Shown here: in pieces, positions 1 to 13,405 of the stretch
Position numbering within the stretch: position 1 is the first letter of the stretch
Layout: each line of letters begins with the position of its first letter
Assembly: GCA_964016885.1 (NCBI GenBank)
Contig: OZ024746.1
Coordinates: 28,334,001 to 28,398,000 of the forward strand
Direction of reading: 5' to 3'
Source of the DNA: Eledone cirrhosa
Lineage: Eukaryota
DNA length: 64,000 nt
Made by a program: the position numbers and the translations under genes
Notes under the pieces: model-generated
Told to the model about the DNA's origin: nothing
Seen by the model: the letters and a program-made list of their open reading frames with translations, nothing else
The model's database searches: none

Positions 1-315
1 ATAAAGTAGATGGCAATAACAAGAAAATCTGTCCCTAGAAAACGGGGCAAACAAAGTGCCAAGAGGAGTCGTCAGTTTAATCAAAGACTTAACAACTTCC
101 TCGGAACGAGTGCCATTTTAAAATGCGCTCGGTAGAGCAGGGAAACATGTGTAAGCGAGATGTGAGCTCTCAGCCCATCTAAGAGGTGAAAGGCTCCGTT
201 TGAGAACTAACTCGGTCTGTGTCGTATCATCTAACCACGGCTAGCTGGAAAAAACGGAAGTTAAATGATGAAGATGATGTTGACTCACACTAACATTATG
301 TGTGTGTGTGTGTGT

Positions 316-346
<31 letters not shown>

Positions 347-483
347 CGTGTGTTTATACGACTTTGTATGTATGTATATATGTATATATACATATATATA
401 TGAATATATATGTATGTGAATGTGTATATATTGTACATGTATAAGTGTACCTTATATATATATGTGAGCGCTTATATGATTTT

Positions 484-517
<34 letters not shown>

Positions 518-536
518 GAAGGTGTATGTATGTTTA

Positions 537-606
<70 letters not shown>

Positions 607-2880
607 TTGGTGTGTGGAAACGTTTGGAAAGGAATGGTATTAAAGATAAGAACAATAGTGAATGTCAGGAAACGGTGGTATGGGTGGTGGTGGTGGTTGA
701 TGTGGTGGTGGTGGTATGGCTGGTGGTTAATGTGGTGGTGGTGGTGGTATGGCTGGTGGTTAATGTGGTGGTGGTGGTATGGCTGGTGGTGGGGGTAGGA
801 GTGGTGGTGGTAGGAGTGGTGTTGGTTGGGGAGTTAAATCCAAGCAACATCAATATTCTGTACACGGATATCAACACTCACATCTAGTGGAACCTTAGAA
901 TATTGCCCCCACATCACACACACACACACACACACACTCACACATACACACACACACACACTCTCTCTCACACACACACACACATATTTATATATATACT
1001 TACATACACGCACGCACGCATGCATACATACATACATGTACATGCATACACTTGCACACATATATATATACATACACATAGATATATGCATACACACACC
1101 GATATATACATACATGCATATACAATCATATACATTCATGTACACAGACACATATATACACACACACACACACATGTACGTGGTTGGTTCTTATTATATT
1201 TTACGTGCCAGATCAGCATCAGGCCATGTTGAATTTAGGCCGCTTAGGATTATGACAATAAAAGCACTGCACCTTACTTATACTTCCTCTATTTCCCCGC
1301 TCCAAAAGCACGCTTTTATTCACTCTCTAAATCTCTCCCTCTCTATCTTTTATCTCTCCCCTTTTCGACATACATATTACTTAAACTAGTTCTGTTTTCT
1401 CCAAACACATTCTTATTCTCTCTCTCGACACACATATATTACTTCTACTACCACTATTCCCCCAAACACACTCTTCTCTCTCTTGCCTTATATTTCTACA
1501 TATATTACATATACTCACTCTATTTTCCTTCCAAACACTCGTTTATTCCATGACCCATATATTCCACACACACATATATATTACTTTCACTTGAACTGCC
1601 ATCTCCATCTCCGACACACCGTTGGTTTATCTATCTATCTCTCGACATACATAGATTGATTGTACTATCCCTATAAACCCCCAGCCCGAACACCCCCACC
1701 CCCCACACGCGCGCACACACACGCACACACCGAAACACACACAGGCAGAGAAACACACACACATCCGCACACACATATATATATATATATTAATTATATT
1801 TCCCCTATTTCTCCCACACCTTAGACACGCATATCCTCTGCCCTTGTCCCTTTCGACATACATATATAGAGTTTCGTGTTGGGTAAATAGACAAAAAAAA
1901 AAATAAAATAAGAAACAATAAGGAAGAAAATGTATACAACTGAATGATTAGACAATCTTCTAAGCTATAAACATTGGCGAATGCAAACACAGGGTTTGTT
2001 TTGATTGTAGATTAACACCTTAGAGAGATATCTCTGAATAATTGATAGCTAAGAGAAGCAATTCTCAAAGAATAAATATTTTTCTAATATTAGCCGTACG
2101 TTAAAATATCGTGGTTGTTTAGAAGGATTTGATTTTTCATGAAATATTGAAAGAGCGTTAAGAGGATAAAGAGAACGGTTGCGGGTTAATGAAGTCCACC
2201 GTTTCTCTGCTAGAGCAATGGCCAGTTTTTTTTTAAATTTTATTTCTTTACGTTTTAGTTTGTGTTAATTTAGGTTCTAATTTTTACTTAGTTTTTATTT
2301 TATAATTCCTGTGTTTTGTTGATTAGATATGAAATGTTTTGCTGGATGCTTTTGTTTGTAGCGGATTCTGTTTTTATGAGTAAACGTTGTGTGTTTTTAT
2401 AATAGAGTATTTTGTATGGTGTATTTTATGTTTGTTGTAGGTGTATGTATTATATATTGTTATTTGTTGTAGTTGTGTACATACACACACATATATATAT
2501 GTATTAAAATAATGATTAATAAGTGAAGTAATTAATCATGTCTGACAATAGTATAGGTTAATCAAAGAGCTAGTGGTAGTCACTATTAGAACCTAAAGTC
2601 AGCTCACCGATATAAATTAAACATTTTTTTATTAAGAGCCGTAACATAAAAATGCAATTGTAAGGTATTGTCGAGACAAATGTATCCGCATTATGCGTAT
2701 TTGTACGAAATATACAGGTGAAATGGTGTAAGAAGATCTGAGAGAAAAGATGTTATAAGATTGATTCTTACCATCCATATACACACACATACGCACACAC
2801 ACATACTCACACACACGCATACACACATATATATATTATATATTTATACACATACGCACACACACATACTCACACACACG

Positions 2881-3008
<128 letters not shown>

Positions 3009-3171
3009 GATGCATTGCCAAGGAACAATCGGATAGCAAGCTAAAGAACTTATGTAGAAGGTAAAATTTCGATTCTTTTCAAATCGGACATCAAGTATAA
3101 AAACTTACTTAAGAAAGGTAAAATGTATATATATACATACAATTATATACATACATACAATTTTGTAGTTA

Positions 3172-3305
3172 TTTAGTTCTGTTTCCGCCCAGACCATGAC
3201 AGCACAGTTCATTTTCCATACATCACTGTCCATTATTGCCATTTTCATTTCCTGGATTGATTCCAGGCCAGTAACATGCTCCAGGTTGTCAATGTATGTG
3301 ACCTG
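3172..3305 (-). mobile_element. Short 3' fragment of an RTE/RTE-X-type LINE (ORF C-terminus)
   Basis: Minus strand translates TYIDNLEHVTGLESIQEMKMAIMDSDVWK. This resembles the RTE-type C-terminal pattern (GRP)xxTYxDxLxxDTG...MxDRxxWR, which is also seen at 19988-20135. Confidence 0.5.
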
Positions 3306-3539
3306 ATGTAAATAATGTATGGTGATGGTTTGGTGGGATTTTAGATCGTCGGTCGGGATGATTCGTGCTATCTTTTCCAGCATTTTGTGTTCTGAGTTCA
3401 AATTCCGCCGGTGTTACTATTTTCTTCCCAGTGATTGCGAACTGATCATTGACATTGGAAGTGTGTTAGTGACCAGCACGACGAAAATAGTAATATCAGG
3501 AAATAAATGATAAATGTAAAATGAATTTCCTCCTTTTGA

Positions 3540-4030
3540 ACAGCTAAAAAGACTCTTCCATGATGTACTAGCCTCCGCTTCAACACATGGTTTCAGATCA
3601 AATCACTCGCCAGATAAGTACGACTGTGGTCAAAATGACTTCTACGATGTAATGTTTTAGTTTCAACACAATGAAAGATCAAGACAATTGCTAGACATGT
3701 ACATGTGTAGCTAAAATGATTTTTCCATGATGTAATTGTTTTAGTTCCCACACATGATCTCAGATCACGTCAATTGCCAAGCATGTACAAGTCTACTTAA
3801 AATGACTCTTCCATGATGTTGTTGATATATTTTCAAGTCATTTGCCACACATTTACAACTGTAGCTAAAATGACTCTTCTGTGTTTTAGTTCCAGCACAG
3901 TCAAAGATCAAGTCACTTCAAAGACTTGCACTTCTGCAGCTCAAATGACTCTTCTATGAGGTAATTGTTTTAGTTCCAATACACAGTCTCAGATCAAGTA
4001 ACTTCCCTAACAAATACAACTCTGAAGTAT
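3540..4030. repeat. Degenerate tandem repeat, ~70-85 bp unit, ~6 copies
   Basis: Recurrent GCTAAAATGACTCTTCCATGATG...GTTTTAGTTCC...AGATCAAGTCA motifs near 3541, 3627, 3707, 3793, 3862 and 3936. Confidence 0.7.
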
Positions 4031-4673
4031 TCAAACGAAGAAGAAAAAATAACAGTAAAAATAGCTTGAAAAAAAGTAGACTTGATAAAGATTTTGAAGC
4101 TACATGTATACTTAAACAAGAGCATTGCCAATTCCATCAGTATTAATGGATGCAATTTTACAGAGCTACTTATCAGAAAATAGTTTACGTAGCACATCTC
4201 TTGGAAAGTTTGTCAGGTATGATGCTGATCCGAAATTCGGTAAAGAAATTCCTACATTAGCTTAATTTAGTTTTGTTGAGCTGCCAGGTACGTGACTGGT
4301 TCAGAAAATTATTGCGATAGATAGTTTGCTAAATTGATGACTGAATGGGTGAATAGATAGTTACAGAGATAGTTGAATAGATAGATAGAGAAGTGAAATA
4401 ATAAATGCATGTAGGGAGAGATAGGTAGGCAGTTAAATAGATATATTGATAAATAAATGGATAAAACGGGTATATATATGAATAGATGTATGAATAAATA
4501 GAAAAAATATATAGAGCTAAATGGATGAGGATCCAGATAGATAGATAGATTGCTACGTCTAAATATATATATATATGCGTGTGTGTGTGTGTGTATGTTT
4601 ATATGTATATCTATATATATATGTATATAACATATGTATATGTATGTATATATATATGTATATATATATGTAT

Positions 4674-4726
<53 letters not shown>

Positions 4727-4831
4727 ATGTATATATATGTAATATATGTATATGTATATGTACATATATGCATATGTACATATTTATGTGTATATGTATG
4801 TACACACACACACACACACGCATACACGCAT

Positions 4832-4981
<150 letters not shown>

Positions 4982-5422
4982 AGTTTGTTAGGGAGGTAGA
5001 TAAATAGATATATCGATAGACAGACATCCCTCCTTTAATTCAATGTCACTGTTGCATCGAAGATGTTACTCTTCGACGTTAAAGGCTTTTGAAATGCTTT
5101 TAAAAGATTATACGATTCAGGCAGCAAAAACAACAACAGCAACAACAGCACTAATAATAATAATGATAATAATAATAATTTATTAACCACAAGGCTCTAC
5201 ATAAAGTAGACATTAAGGACAGTACAGGAGAATACAGGGCGATACAAATGGGGATTTCTGCGTGTAAAAATCAAGAAACAGAGGATGTAATAATAGAACA
5301 ATGAAAACATTCCCCAATAGGAGGGAGACTTCCGAGGGACATTCGTGGAGAAAGCCCATTAAAAAGCCACAGTGACCCTGACCACCAGGGCAAGTGCCCT
5401 CTCCCAGTTTTCCACCTTTAAT

Positions 5423-8362
5423 TTACAGACACATATTCACTCGGGCCATTCTTGCCTCTCTCACCCATCTCTCAACAAAATGCTGGGAAGAGAGCACTTC
5501 CCTTTCTACCCTGATTTTCCTTTTTAAATGAAATTTGAAAAAGTTAATCAGGGCATCACCGAAGAGGTAAGTGCTCGTCTTCAGCCTTTTCAAACGTGTC
5601 CACCATACTATCTCTTTCGCCATGGCCACCAGACAAATAAAAACTGCTTGCTCTTCCCGGCTAAAGGAAGAGGGCGGGGCAATCCTTAAGATGGACTCAG
5701 CTGATAGTTGGATCAGTCCTACACGCGACAGCAGGTGTTCGACATAAACCCACAAGTCAGCAATGCTCGGACACTGGACGAGTGCGTGCAGGACGGTTTC
5801 GTCGCCCTGCGCGCATCTCGGACATTCCCGGCTAACGGCACCTCCATGCCTGTAGAGTTTATCCGGAACTGGCAAAGCTCCTCTGTAGCACTGCCAGGCC
5901 AGGGATTTCTGGAAGTTGTCCATAGGCCCCGGCCCGAAAGTTCTTCCGAAGAGATTGGCTAGTTGATTTTCGTCGACGCCTAGAGTTTCTCCAAGTACGT
6001 CGTCGCTCTTCCCCTCCACTAAACCTCTATAGAACGCCAAGGTGGAGTTTCCACCGATCACTTGGCCCGATTGGTCGAGGGCTGTGAGCGCCTGAAGACA
6101 TTTCAGTCTCCAAGCGCTCCATCTCGGTCTTCGCTTGACCCAGGACTGCAGCTCCGTCAAGGAGACGAGCTGGGGAAAGACGCGTCAGAAAACGGAGACC
6201 ACACCTGATCACCGTTGAGGAAGAGGTGGAGATGTCGTAGCCTGAGCGCGTGTCTGCGCATCATCAGCCACGGCATTCCCAGGCCTCCACGTAGCGGGTG
6301 TTGACAGCAGATGGACCGCCTGACCATCGGAGCTCGTCCCTTCCACAAAAAGCGAAAGAGCAAACACTCCAGCGCAGTCAGGCGGGGATTAGGACAAGAT
6401 ACGACGGTCAGGCGGTAGTAGATGACCGACGTGATATATGCGTTAACCACCTCCGCTCGACCTTTCAGGGACAGCTTCCTCTCGGCCCATTTCTGGGTGA
6501 GAGAAGCCACCCTGCTCGTCACCTCGTCCCAGTTTTTGTCCGTCTGGAGATACGGACCGAACCAACCCCGAGCAATTTAACCTGTCCGTCCGTCCAGGGC
6601 CCGACGACGCTGTTGGATGGCATGGACCTGCCTCTCCAGGTGCCGAGATGCAGGCCAACTGACTTTTCCTGGTTGATCATTGATCCTGTCACCGCTTCGT
6701 ATTCTCTTAGTGTAGTGCCGATCGCCTCGATGTGTTTGGTGTTCGACACCACTATGGTAACATCGTCCGCATATGCTGACACGGATCTTCCGCATCCTAG
6801 TTCGCGCGGGATCCCCCTCAACGTCTCCAGTTTGTGCACTAATGGCTCGAGAGTCAATACGTACAATAGGGACGAGAGGGGACATCCTTGGCGGACCAAG
6901 CGCATGATATTGAACGGTTCCGAAAGGTGACGGTTCACTCTCACCAAGTCTGGCATCTGTACGTAAAGTTCATAGGGCAGACCATCCAAACCAGGCGATT
7001 TACCCCTTTAGCAGCTAGTTATTGCTCCCGTTCTTCAGCGGCTGTTATCGGCTTTTCGCAACATTCCGCCTCAGTGGCCGAGACCCGCGGCAGTCCGTCA
7101 AGGTAGACACTAAAGTCCATCCCTCGATCCGGCCCGCCGCTGCCCCCAAACAGCTGTGCGAAGTGTCGCTGAAAAGCTTCACACATTTGCCCGGGATCGA
7201 GTAGCATGCGCTCGTCGTGGTCCACCAAAGACCGGATCGTGGCTTTGTTGCCACGACGCGCCTCCGCCACTCGGGCCCATTGAACGGCTTTCGTCCCCTC
7301 GTGTCTGAGAGCACGCACCCTAGCTCTGACAACGCAGCCTTCGTGCTTTGCATTGAAGAATCGGTCAAGGGCCAATTTCGCCGCAAGTACGTCGGGCGCA
7401 TGCCTTTGCTAAGCGTCTCGTCTAATTTTCTAACTAATTCTCCCTCTGCTCTATTTTTCTCTATTGCTAATGCCTTACTAAACCTAATGGACTCTATTCT
7501 AATTGCTCTTTTCAGAGCAAACCACCACTTGTTGTTGACGATGGCCCCCGTCAACGTCCGCTTAAATAGTTCGCTAATCCGGTCTCTGTAGGCCTTGCGC
7601 GCTGGTAAGGACGCGTTTAGCTTCCAGTAGCAGGTCCTCGTCTATGAAGCCTATCTAATTCAAGCACACAGATCACGAATTTGTGGTCCGTGTAGCTGAC
7701 TATCTTGAATTGTGGACAGCCTATGCTAGACCTATCTATTTCTCTACAAAATACTCTATCTAGATATGATCTGGATGACCCTATGCGATTTTTCCAAGTC
7801 CACATTGGCACATTCGGGAAATCCAATCGGTACCTGTCAGACAGTTCAAAACGCCTGAGCAGGTTGGTGAGGCTCTTGCACCCTCCTCCCCTATCCGCTA
7901 ATCCCACACAGTCCCAGCGTGCATCTAAGATCCCGTTCAAGTCGCCCACTAACACTTAAGAGCGGGACGTTCCAAGAAAGGTCTCCAGACGCCGGAAGAA
8001 ATCAGGCCGCCCTTTCCTGTCGGGGCATAGACGGCCACTAGCCTGAAAGCTTTCCCGTCTCCGCTGATCACGTCTAGCACCACCAACTTACCTTCTGGGT
8101 CCAGGAAGATGGCCCGTATGGCAAGATCCAAACCTCTCCGAAAAAGCACAGCATCTCCTTCCCCCGATCCCGGACGGCTGGGAGATGCGTACACATCGTA
8201 GCCGCCGAAGGTCGGTGCAAAGGCCCGTGCTTCGGAGATTCTGGTCTCGCTGATGGTCACTACATCTATGTTTAGTGACCTGAGGTCGTTGAGCAGGTGG
8301 CCCTGCTTCCATGACGACCCCAAGCCACGCGCATTTATGCTGCCTATTCTGAGTGAGGTCAT
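5423..8362 (-). pseudogene. LINE ORF2 (APE endonuclease + reverse transcriptase + zf-RVT-like C-terminus), frameshifted and internally deleted
   Basis: Fragments over several frames. APE: SINARGL, ISET, VAVYAP, VGDLN, WTW, SYLDRVF, YTDH. RT: KSPGLDGLPYE, VRQGCPLS, SAYADD, INQEKS. Later motifs: GGLGMP and CPRC..ETVLHALVQC. Multiple frameshifts and at least one in-frame stop. Confidence 0.9.
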
Positions 8363-10301
8363 GTTGAAATGGAGTGGAAAAGATAGGAAAGACCACTTAC
8401 CTTACTTCTCGTAGAGGAGGATGGTCTGTCCATCCTTTTCACTGCTTGTTGTGGCCTCCTCCGGAAGGATGTCCTTATAAATCCTCCTGGAGAGTGTTTG
8501 TCGGAAGTCTCCGATGTCTTTGGGAATTTTTGTTTTAGTGTCGTGTACGTTTTCTGTGTGATGCGAGTGATTTGTATGTGTGGAGGTTGTGTGAACTTTT
8601 GGGTTGTTCTGTAGTCTTTTTCTGTGATGCTGGTGTTGTGTTGCATGTAGTGTAATAATTGGTTGTTGTTCAAATTTAATGCTGTGTAGTGTGTATCGTT
8701 TTGGTTGTTTTGTTTTGTTTGCGTTTGTTGTGGGTTTGTTTCTGTTACGCTTTTGTGGTGTTGGTGATGGTTGTGTTGGGGTTAATGATGGTGATGGTCT
8801 TGGTGTTTGTGGTGATAGGCTTGGTGATGCTGGTGTGGATGGTGGCATATCTGTCCTAACTTTTTTGTTTGATAATTTATTTGTTTCTCTCTGTATTTTG
8901 TTTTTGGAGGGGCAAGGAAGAGAATTTTTTTTGAGGGGTTTCTTTTTTTCTTTTTTCCTGATACCGTTTCCCACTCCTCGTCGTCACAATCTGTCTCCAG
9001 TTGCGATAAGTCGGGGAGTGGAAAATCCTCCACAGGTGTTGGTTTTGATTGTGGCGTGGTGGATGGTGTAGGCGCTGGTGCTAGTTCTGGCGCGTTGGGT
9101 GGTGGTGGTGTTGGTTTTGCTACTGTTGCTGGGGTTGTTGCTGTTACAGTTGCTTCTGTTGTTGCTGCTACAGTTGTTGCTGCCATTTCTGAGAGGTGGC
9201 CTCAACCTTTTAGCCTGAGGGTAGAAAGCCCTTAGGTGGGTTCCTTCACCACAAACGACACACCTACGTCTTCTGCCCTGGACGATTACGGTGAGGTGGC
9301 TGCCGTCAGTGAGGTCTATTACCTCTGGGATCTCCTCAATGCTTTTTTGGTCCGCTTGGATCAGGAGCTCCATCCCAGATCCGGACCAGTTCTCCTGCTT
9401 TTCTTTCCTTATTTCAATTATCTTGGTGTTGGCTTCGATGCCGGCGAGGACGGCAGCCATTAACCAGGGAATTTCGATGGCCGGTGGAACGTGGGTCACC
9501 CTGATCTTCACAAGTCTCTGGCCACAATAGCTTGGGACGAGTGTGAAGTCGTCACTTCTTAATGGGGCCATGGAGTGTTCTCTGGCCTCCTGTGGTGTTT
9601 CAAAGAACACGTCCACGGTTCCATACTTCTACCCACGTCTGATGTGGGGTTTTTTTGCCCACACATGTCCCAAAGCTTTTTGGATTTGGGACTCGGATGC
9701 CCGTTCCACTCGGCGCGATTTTATGTTAATTGTCCGATAAGACACGGTGCATAGGCGACGTTGCTCCATTTTATTAGGTGTGGGGGTGGGGGTGAGGCTG
9801 ACCCTGTACCCATCTTTCTTTACCATTCCTTTGGCTTCTTCTAATTCCTCCTGAGTAACCTGGATCGTTTCGCACGTTTTTGCTACTCTGGCAAAACTCA
9901 GGGTAGTTTTCTTAATTTCATTGTTGCTGTTGTTGTTATCGTTATTTTTGCTATTGTTAATTTTAGTTCAGTTGTGGTGGTGGTGGCGTCAGTGGTGTTC
10001 GGTGTGGAAGAGTTCATTTTGGTTGAATTCATTTCGATATCACGAGTTAATTTATATTTTTCTTTTGTTTCTGTTGTCGCTGTGGTGGTGGTAGGGTGGT
10101 GGTTGTCGCAGTGGTGGTGGTGGTGGCGGCTTTAACACCTGCAGTCATTGGTAATGGCGGGAAATGAACGTCTGCCTGAGACAAATTTTAAATATTGCTA
10201 CTGCTTACATTTCCAGTGTTGGCAAACGTAGCAATATTTACAATGGTGGTGTCGGTGTGAGGTGTTAGATTGTGAGGAAGGAGTGACTCTGAGTCATCCA
10301 T
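8359..10301 (-). pseudogene. LINE ORF1 (gag-like nucleic-acid-binding protein), frameshifted
   Basis: ATG at 10301 (MDDSESLL...). Fragments 9629-9826 and 8984-9616 include VIVQGRRRRCVVCGEGTHLRAFY, a CCHC-type knuckle with the last Cys replaced. Thr/Pro-rich linker and WETVSGKKKKR basic motif. The exact 3' frame is uncertain. Confidence 0.7.
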
Positions 10302-10516
10302 GATTTTTCAAAGAAAAATTTTTGTTTGATAATTATAAAAAGTTTAAATTTTGGGCTCAAGGCCCCAATATTTTTGAGTGTTCTTTTCAGAAATCAATGT
10401 ATGTGCACTTATATACAGTTAACAATAAAACCTTTCCATAAATGGCAATTTTAAACAACTGAAAATAACAAACCTTTGCAGAGCTCACGATGATACGATC
10501 TACTATGTAGGTCGCC

Positions 10517-10552
<36 letters not shown>

Positions 10553-10553
<1 letters not shown>

Positions 10554-10750
10554 TTTTCTTTATTGGCCACAAGGGTCGACATATAAGGGGCAATGCATAA
10601 GACAAAGACAGTGAGTATTTATAAAACAATCGGGCAAAAAGCAAAGATAATTAGAAACGTATAACAATCTAATTCCCGAATAAGGGGTGGACAAACCAGG
10701 GGTAACTCACGAACCCCACAAATCCTAAATCAGTTTTCTGCAGGTACTTG
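10553..10750 (-). mobile_element. 5'-truncated 3' UTR of a related Tx1-like LINE
   Basis: Ends CCCTTGTGGCCAATAAAGAAAAT(ATT)n, like the 3' end at 5180-5200. Contains CCCCTTATTCGGGAAT, versus CCTCCTATTGGGGAAT in the other UTR. Confidence 0.65.
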
Positions 10751-10804
10751 ATAACTCCACGATGCCAATTTTGTCCATATATATATATATATGTATACAC
10801 ACAT

Positions 10805-10836
<32 letters not shown>

Positions 10837-10864
10837 TACATGTGTGTCTGTGTCTGTGTGCTCT

Positions 10865-10939
<75 letters not shown>

Positions 10940-12305
10940 TTATCCGCCCATGTATTAAACATTTAGTTATTGATCTCAAATGGATGAACTGATTTGAACC
11001 CATAGAGCGCAGTGAATCTGATCGTATATCAAACAATTTTTAATCATACCACCTTATTCTATAATCTATCTAGTCTACAATGTCACTGAGATTCTTGCTG
11101 ACTCAGTAACTTTAGTTTTCTTTCTTAATGAAGAAGGTATCAGTGACATCAGTATATGTTCTGTTTGACACCATGCTCCTAACACGCTTTAATTAAATAG
11201 TCTTCTGCATTGTACAAGGAAATTGTTTACACGAAAAAAAAAAAAAAAAATTGAACATTTTTTCTATAATAATAAACATGATGATAATATGTAGTATATA
11301 TACATACATATTTATGTGTATGTATAAGTTATATATACATGTATATACATTATTCACACACACACACACATATATATATATATAAATATTGTTTTGATTA
11401 GTTCGTGATTTTTATACAGTACTAGCTGTTGCATCTTAAAATTGAATCCTTTTCCCCACATCATGTAGCGAAACATGCTTTTTAGTTTTCAACTATACCA
11501 TTATTTATTATCATTTCTTATTAATGTGTCAAATGAAAACTGTTTCTAATTTAGACAGAAGATCAACGATTAAATAAACCCTCAATACATAACTGATACT
11601 TTATTTGAATTTGGAATGTAAAGAACTGGAACAAATACGACAGTACAGCCTTTTGTACGACCCCAATCCATGTGAATCATTATATTTTGATATATTAAGT
11701 CTTAATATCCCGTAATATTCTAGTAGGTATTGTATGGTCCCGTAACTCCTGATGGTATTTCCCGAACACTTAAGCCTGGCGGAGCCCATCACTTTCCAGG
11801 TTTGAACAGAGCAGATTTCTCCGAGAAAGATAGCAAGTGGTAGAACGTGCAGGGACACGGAGTTAGTCGATTCGGTGTTCAAACACGCGGTTAGCCCACC
11901 AGGAGTGAGATGCCCCTATTGCTTGTTATGTCATCATTTTAGAAGAAGGAAAACTGTGATATATAAAACCTGCGACTCGATAATAGCCAAAGAAGTTGAT
12001 TTGTTCTTCTTTTTTTGATACCTGTCACCATTGTTCAGAGAATGGGATTCGTTTTATGCAAGTCATTTCTTTACCTAGGAAAACTTCAAGCCTAGACATT
12101 ACTTTATTTAAACATCACGTGTGCTGCATGAACATCGCTGGCCGTAATCCTGTTTTCACTATATCATATGCAGAAAGAAATGTAGGTAACTGGCAGGCCT
12201 AAAACGTCATATTTGTGCTACCTATGTCTGAGAAGGGGATCGACTGATGGTAATTCTATATATCGAAATGCAGCCATCATGTACGTACGTAGTATGTATG
12301 TATGT

Positions 12306-12761
12306 TATCTCTTTCTCTTAATTTCGAGTATATTTTTTTGACCGGCCACCTTCCTGGTGACAAGGTTGTAAAAGAAAAGAAATTGTCATCCCTTGAATCG
12401 CAAGAATGTTTTGCAAATTTTGAAGGTGCCAGCTATCGCAGCCATTTGTAGACTATGAATTAGGGAGCTGCGCTTTTTGTCCGCAAATCCAAGTTCAGTC
12501 ATACTTTGGTCCAAGCGGGTTGGTATATAACCCGTAGCTCCAATAATGATGGGTATGAAGCTAAAGGTGTATCTTGGATACTGGATTTGTAAACTCCTCA
12601 TCAATTGTCCGTAGATGTCCTCCTTCTCCTGTATTTTTTTGACAACGTTTACATCAAGTGGGCAGCTGATCTCCACAACAGAACACGTTTTCAATGTGTA
12701 GTCCCAAACAACAATATCAGGCCGGTTGTGCTTTAATTTGGTGGCAGTTTTTATTTTGAGG
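12306..12761 (-). mobile_element. 5'-truncated R4/Dong-like non-LTR retrotransposon fragment A (restriction-like endonuclease + 3' UTR)
   Basis: Reads LKIKTATKLKHNRPDIVVWDYTLKTCSVVEISCPLD...EKEDIYGQL...IPIIIGATG to a stop at 12386. This is a PD-(D/E)xK-type RLE domain of R2-group elements. Flanked by (CATA)n on both sides. Confidence 0.8.
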
Positions 12762-12869
12762 ATGTATGTATGTATGTATGTATGTATGTATGTATGTATG
12801 TATGTATGTATGTATGTATGTATGTATGTATGTATGTATGTATGTACGTATGCATGCGTGTGTGTATGT

Positions 12870-13405
12870 AAGTGTGTTCTTCTGGTTTTCTAATTTCACA
12901 AATTTTTGCTAATAGAGAGAGAGCCGGTTTCTTACATAGATACAAGACTCGCTCATTGGAATTTACACAACATCAACTTGGTAGATATGTATGCATGTCT
13001 GCTTGCATGTGTAGGTATGTTATTGTATGTGTGGATGTGTATATTTTGAGTTATATATGTGCATGTATCTGTACATGTGTATATGCAGTCATTAGATGCA
13101 ACATTTTTGGAATGTTTTACATATTTTTACTGTTCCATTAATGGATTGTACTTGTAATTTCCTAACTAGTTGTGTTCTTTCTGTTCCAGTGAAACCCAGC
13201 CTCTCAAGATTTGTATTGAGGCAGTTACTAACATATCCCAGTGTCCCAATAATCACAGGCATAAATCTGAAGGTATAATCAGGATGGAGTATCTGCAGAT
13301 TTCTCATTAGTTCTGCATAAATATTCTCCTTTTCGCTAATCTTTGATATTATATTGGCATCTGCTGGGCAGCTAATTTCTACTACTGTGCATGCCTTCTT
13401 TTCCC
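12870..13405 (-). mobile_element. 5'-truncated R4/Dong-like fragment B (RLE C-terminal half + 3' UTR)
   Basis: Reads REKKACTVVEISCPADANIISKISEKENIYAELMRNLQILHPDYTFRFMPVIIGTLG...GTVKICKTF to a stop at 13092. Clearly homologous to fragment A but diverged. Flanked by (CATA)n on both sides. Confidence 0.8.

Larger units (their letters stand above)
5180..10516 (-). mobile_element. Near full-length, degenerate Tx1/L1-group non-LTR retrotransposon
   Basis: GC-richer block with an ORF1-like region and an ORF2 containing APE endonuclease, RT (YADD) and C-terminal Cys/His motifs. The 3' UTR ends CCTTGTGGTTAATAAA(TTA)n, and the putative 5' end abuts (AAT)n at 10517. Confidence 0.9.

Noticed and set aside
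180-285. Possible 3' tail of a retroposon (CTAGCTGGAAAAAACGGAAGTTAAATGATGAAGATGATG)
   Set aside because: It resembles a (GAT)n-tailed LINE/SINE end, but there is no second copy or coding motif in the window to support it.
11650-11760. FDILSLNIP resembling the Penelope RT motif FDVxSLYTNIP
   Set aside because: Isolated short match followed by a stop; no further RT motifs were found.
12225-12280. Hammerhead-like CTGAGAA...GAAATGCAGCC
   Set aside because: The core, cleavage triplet and stem I all deviate from consensus.
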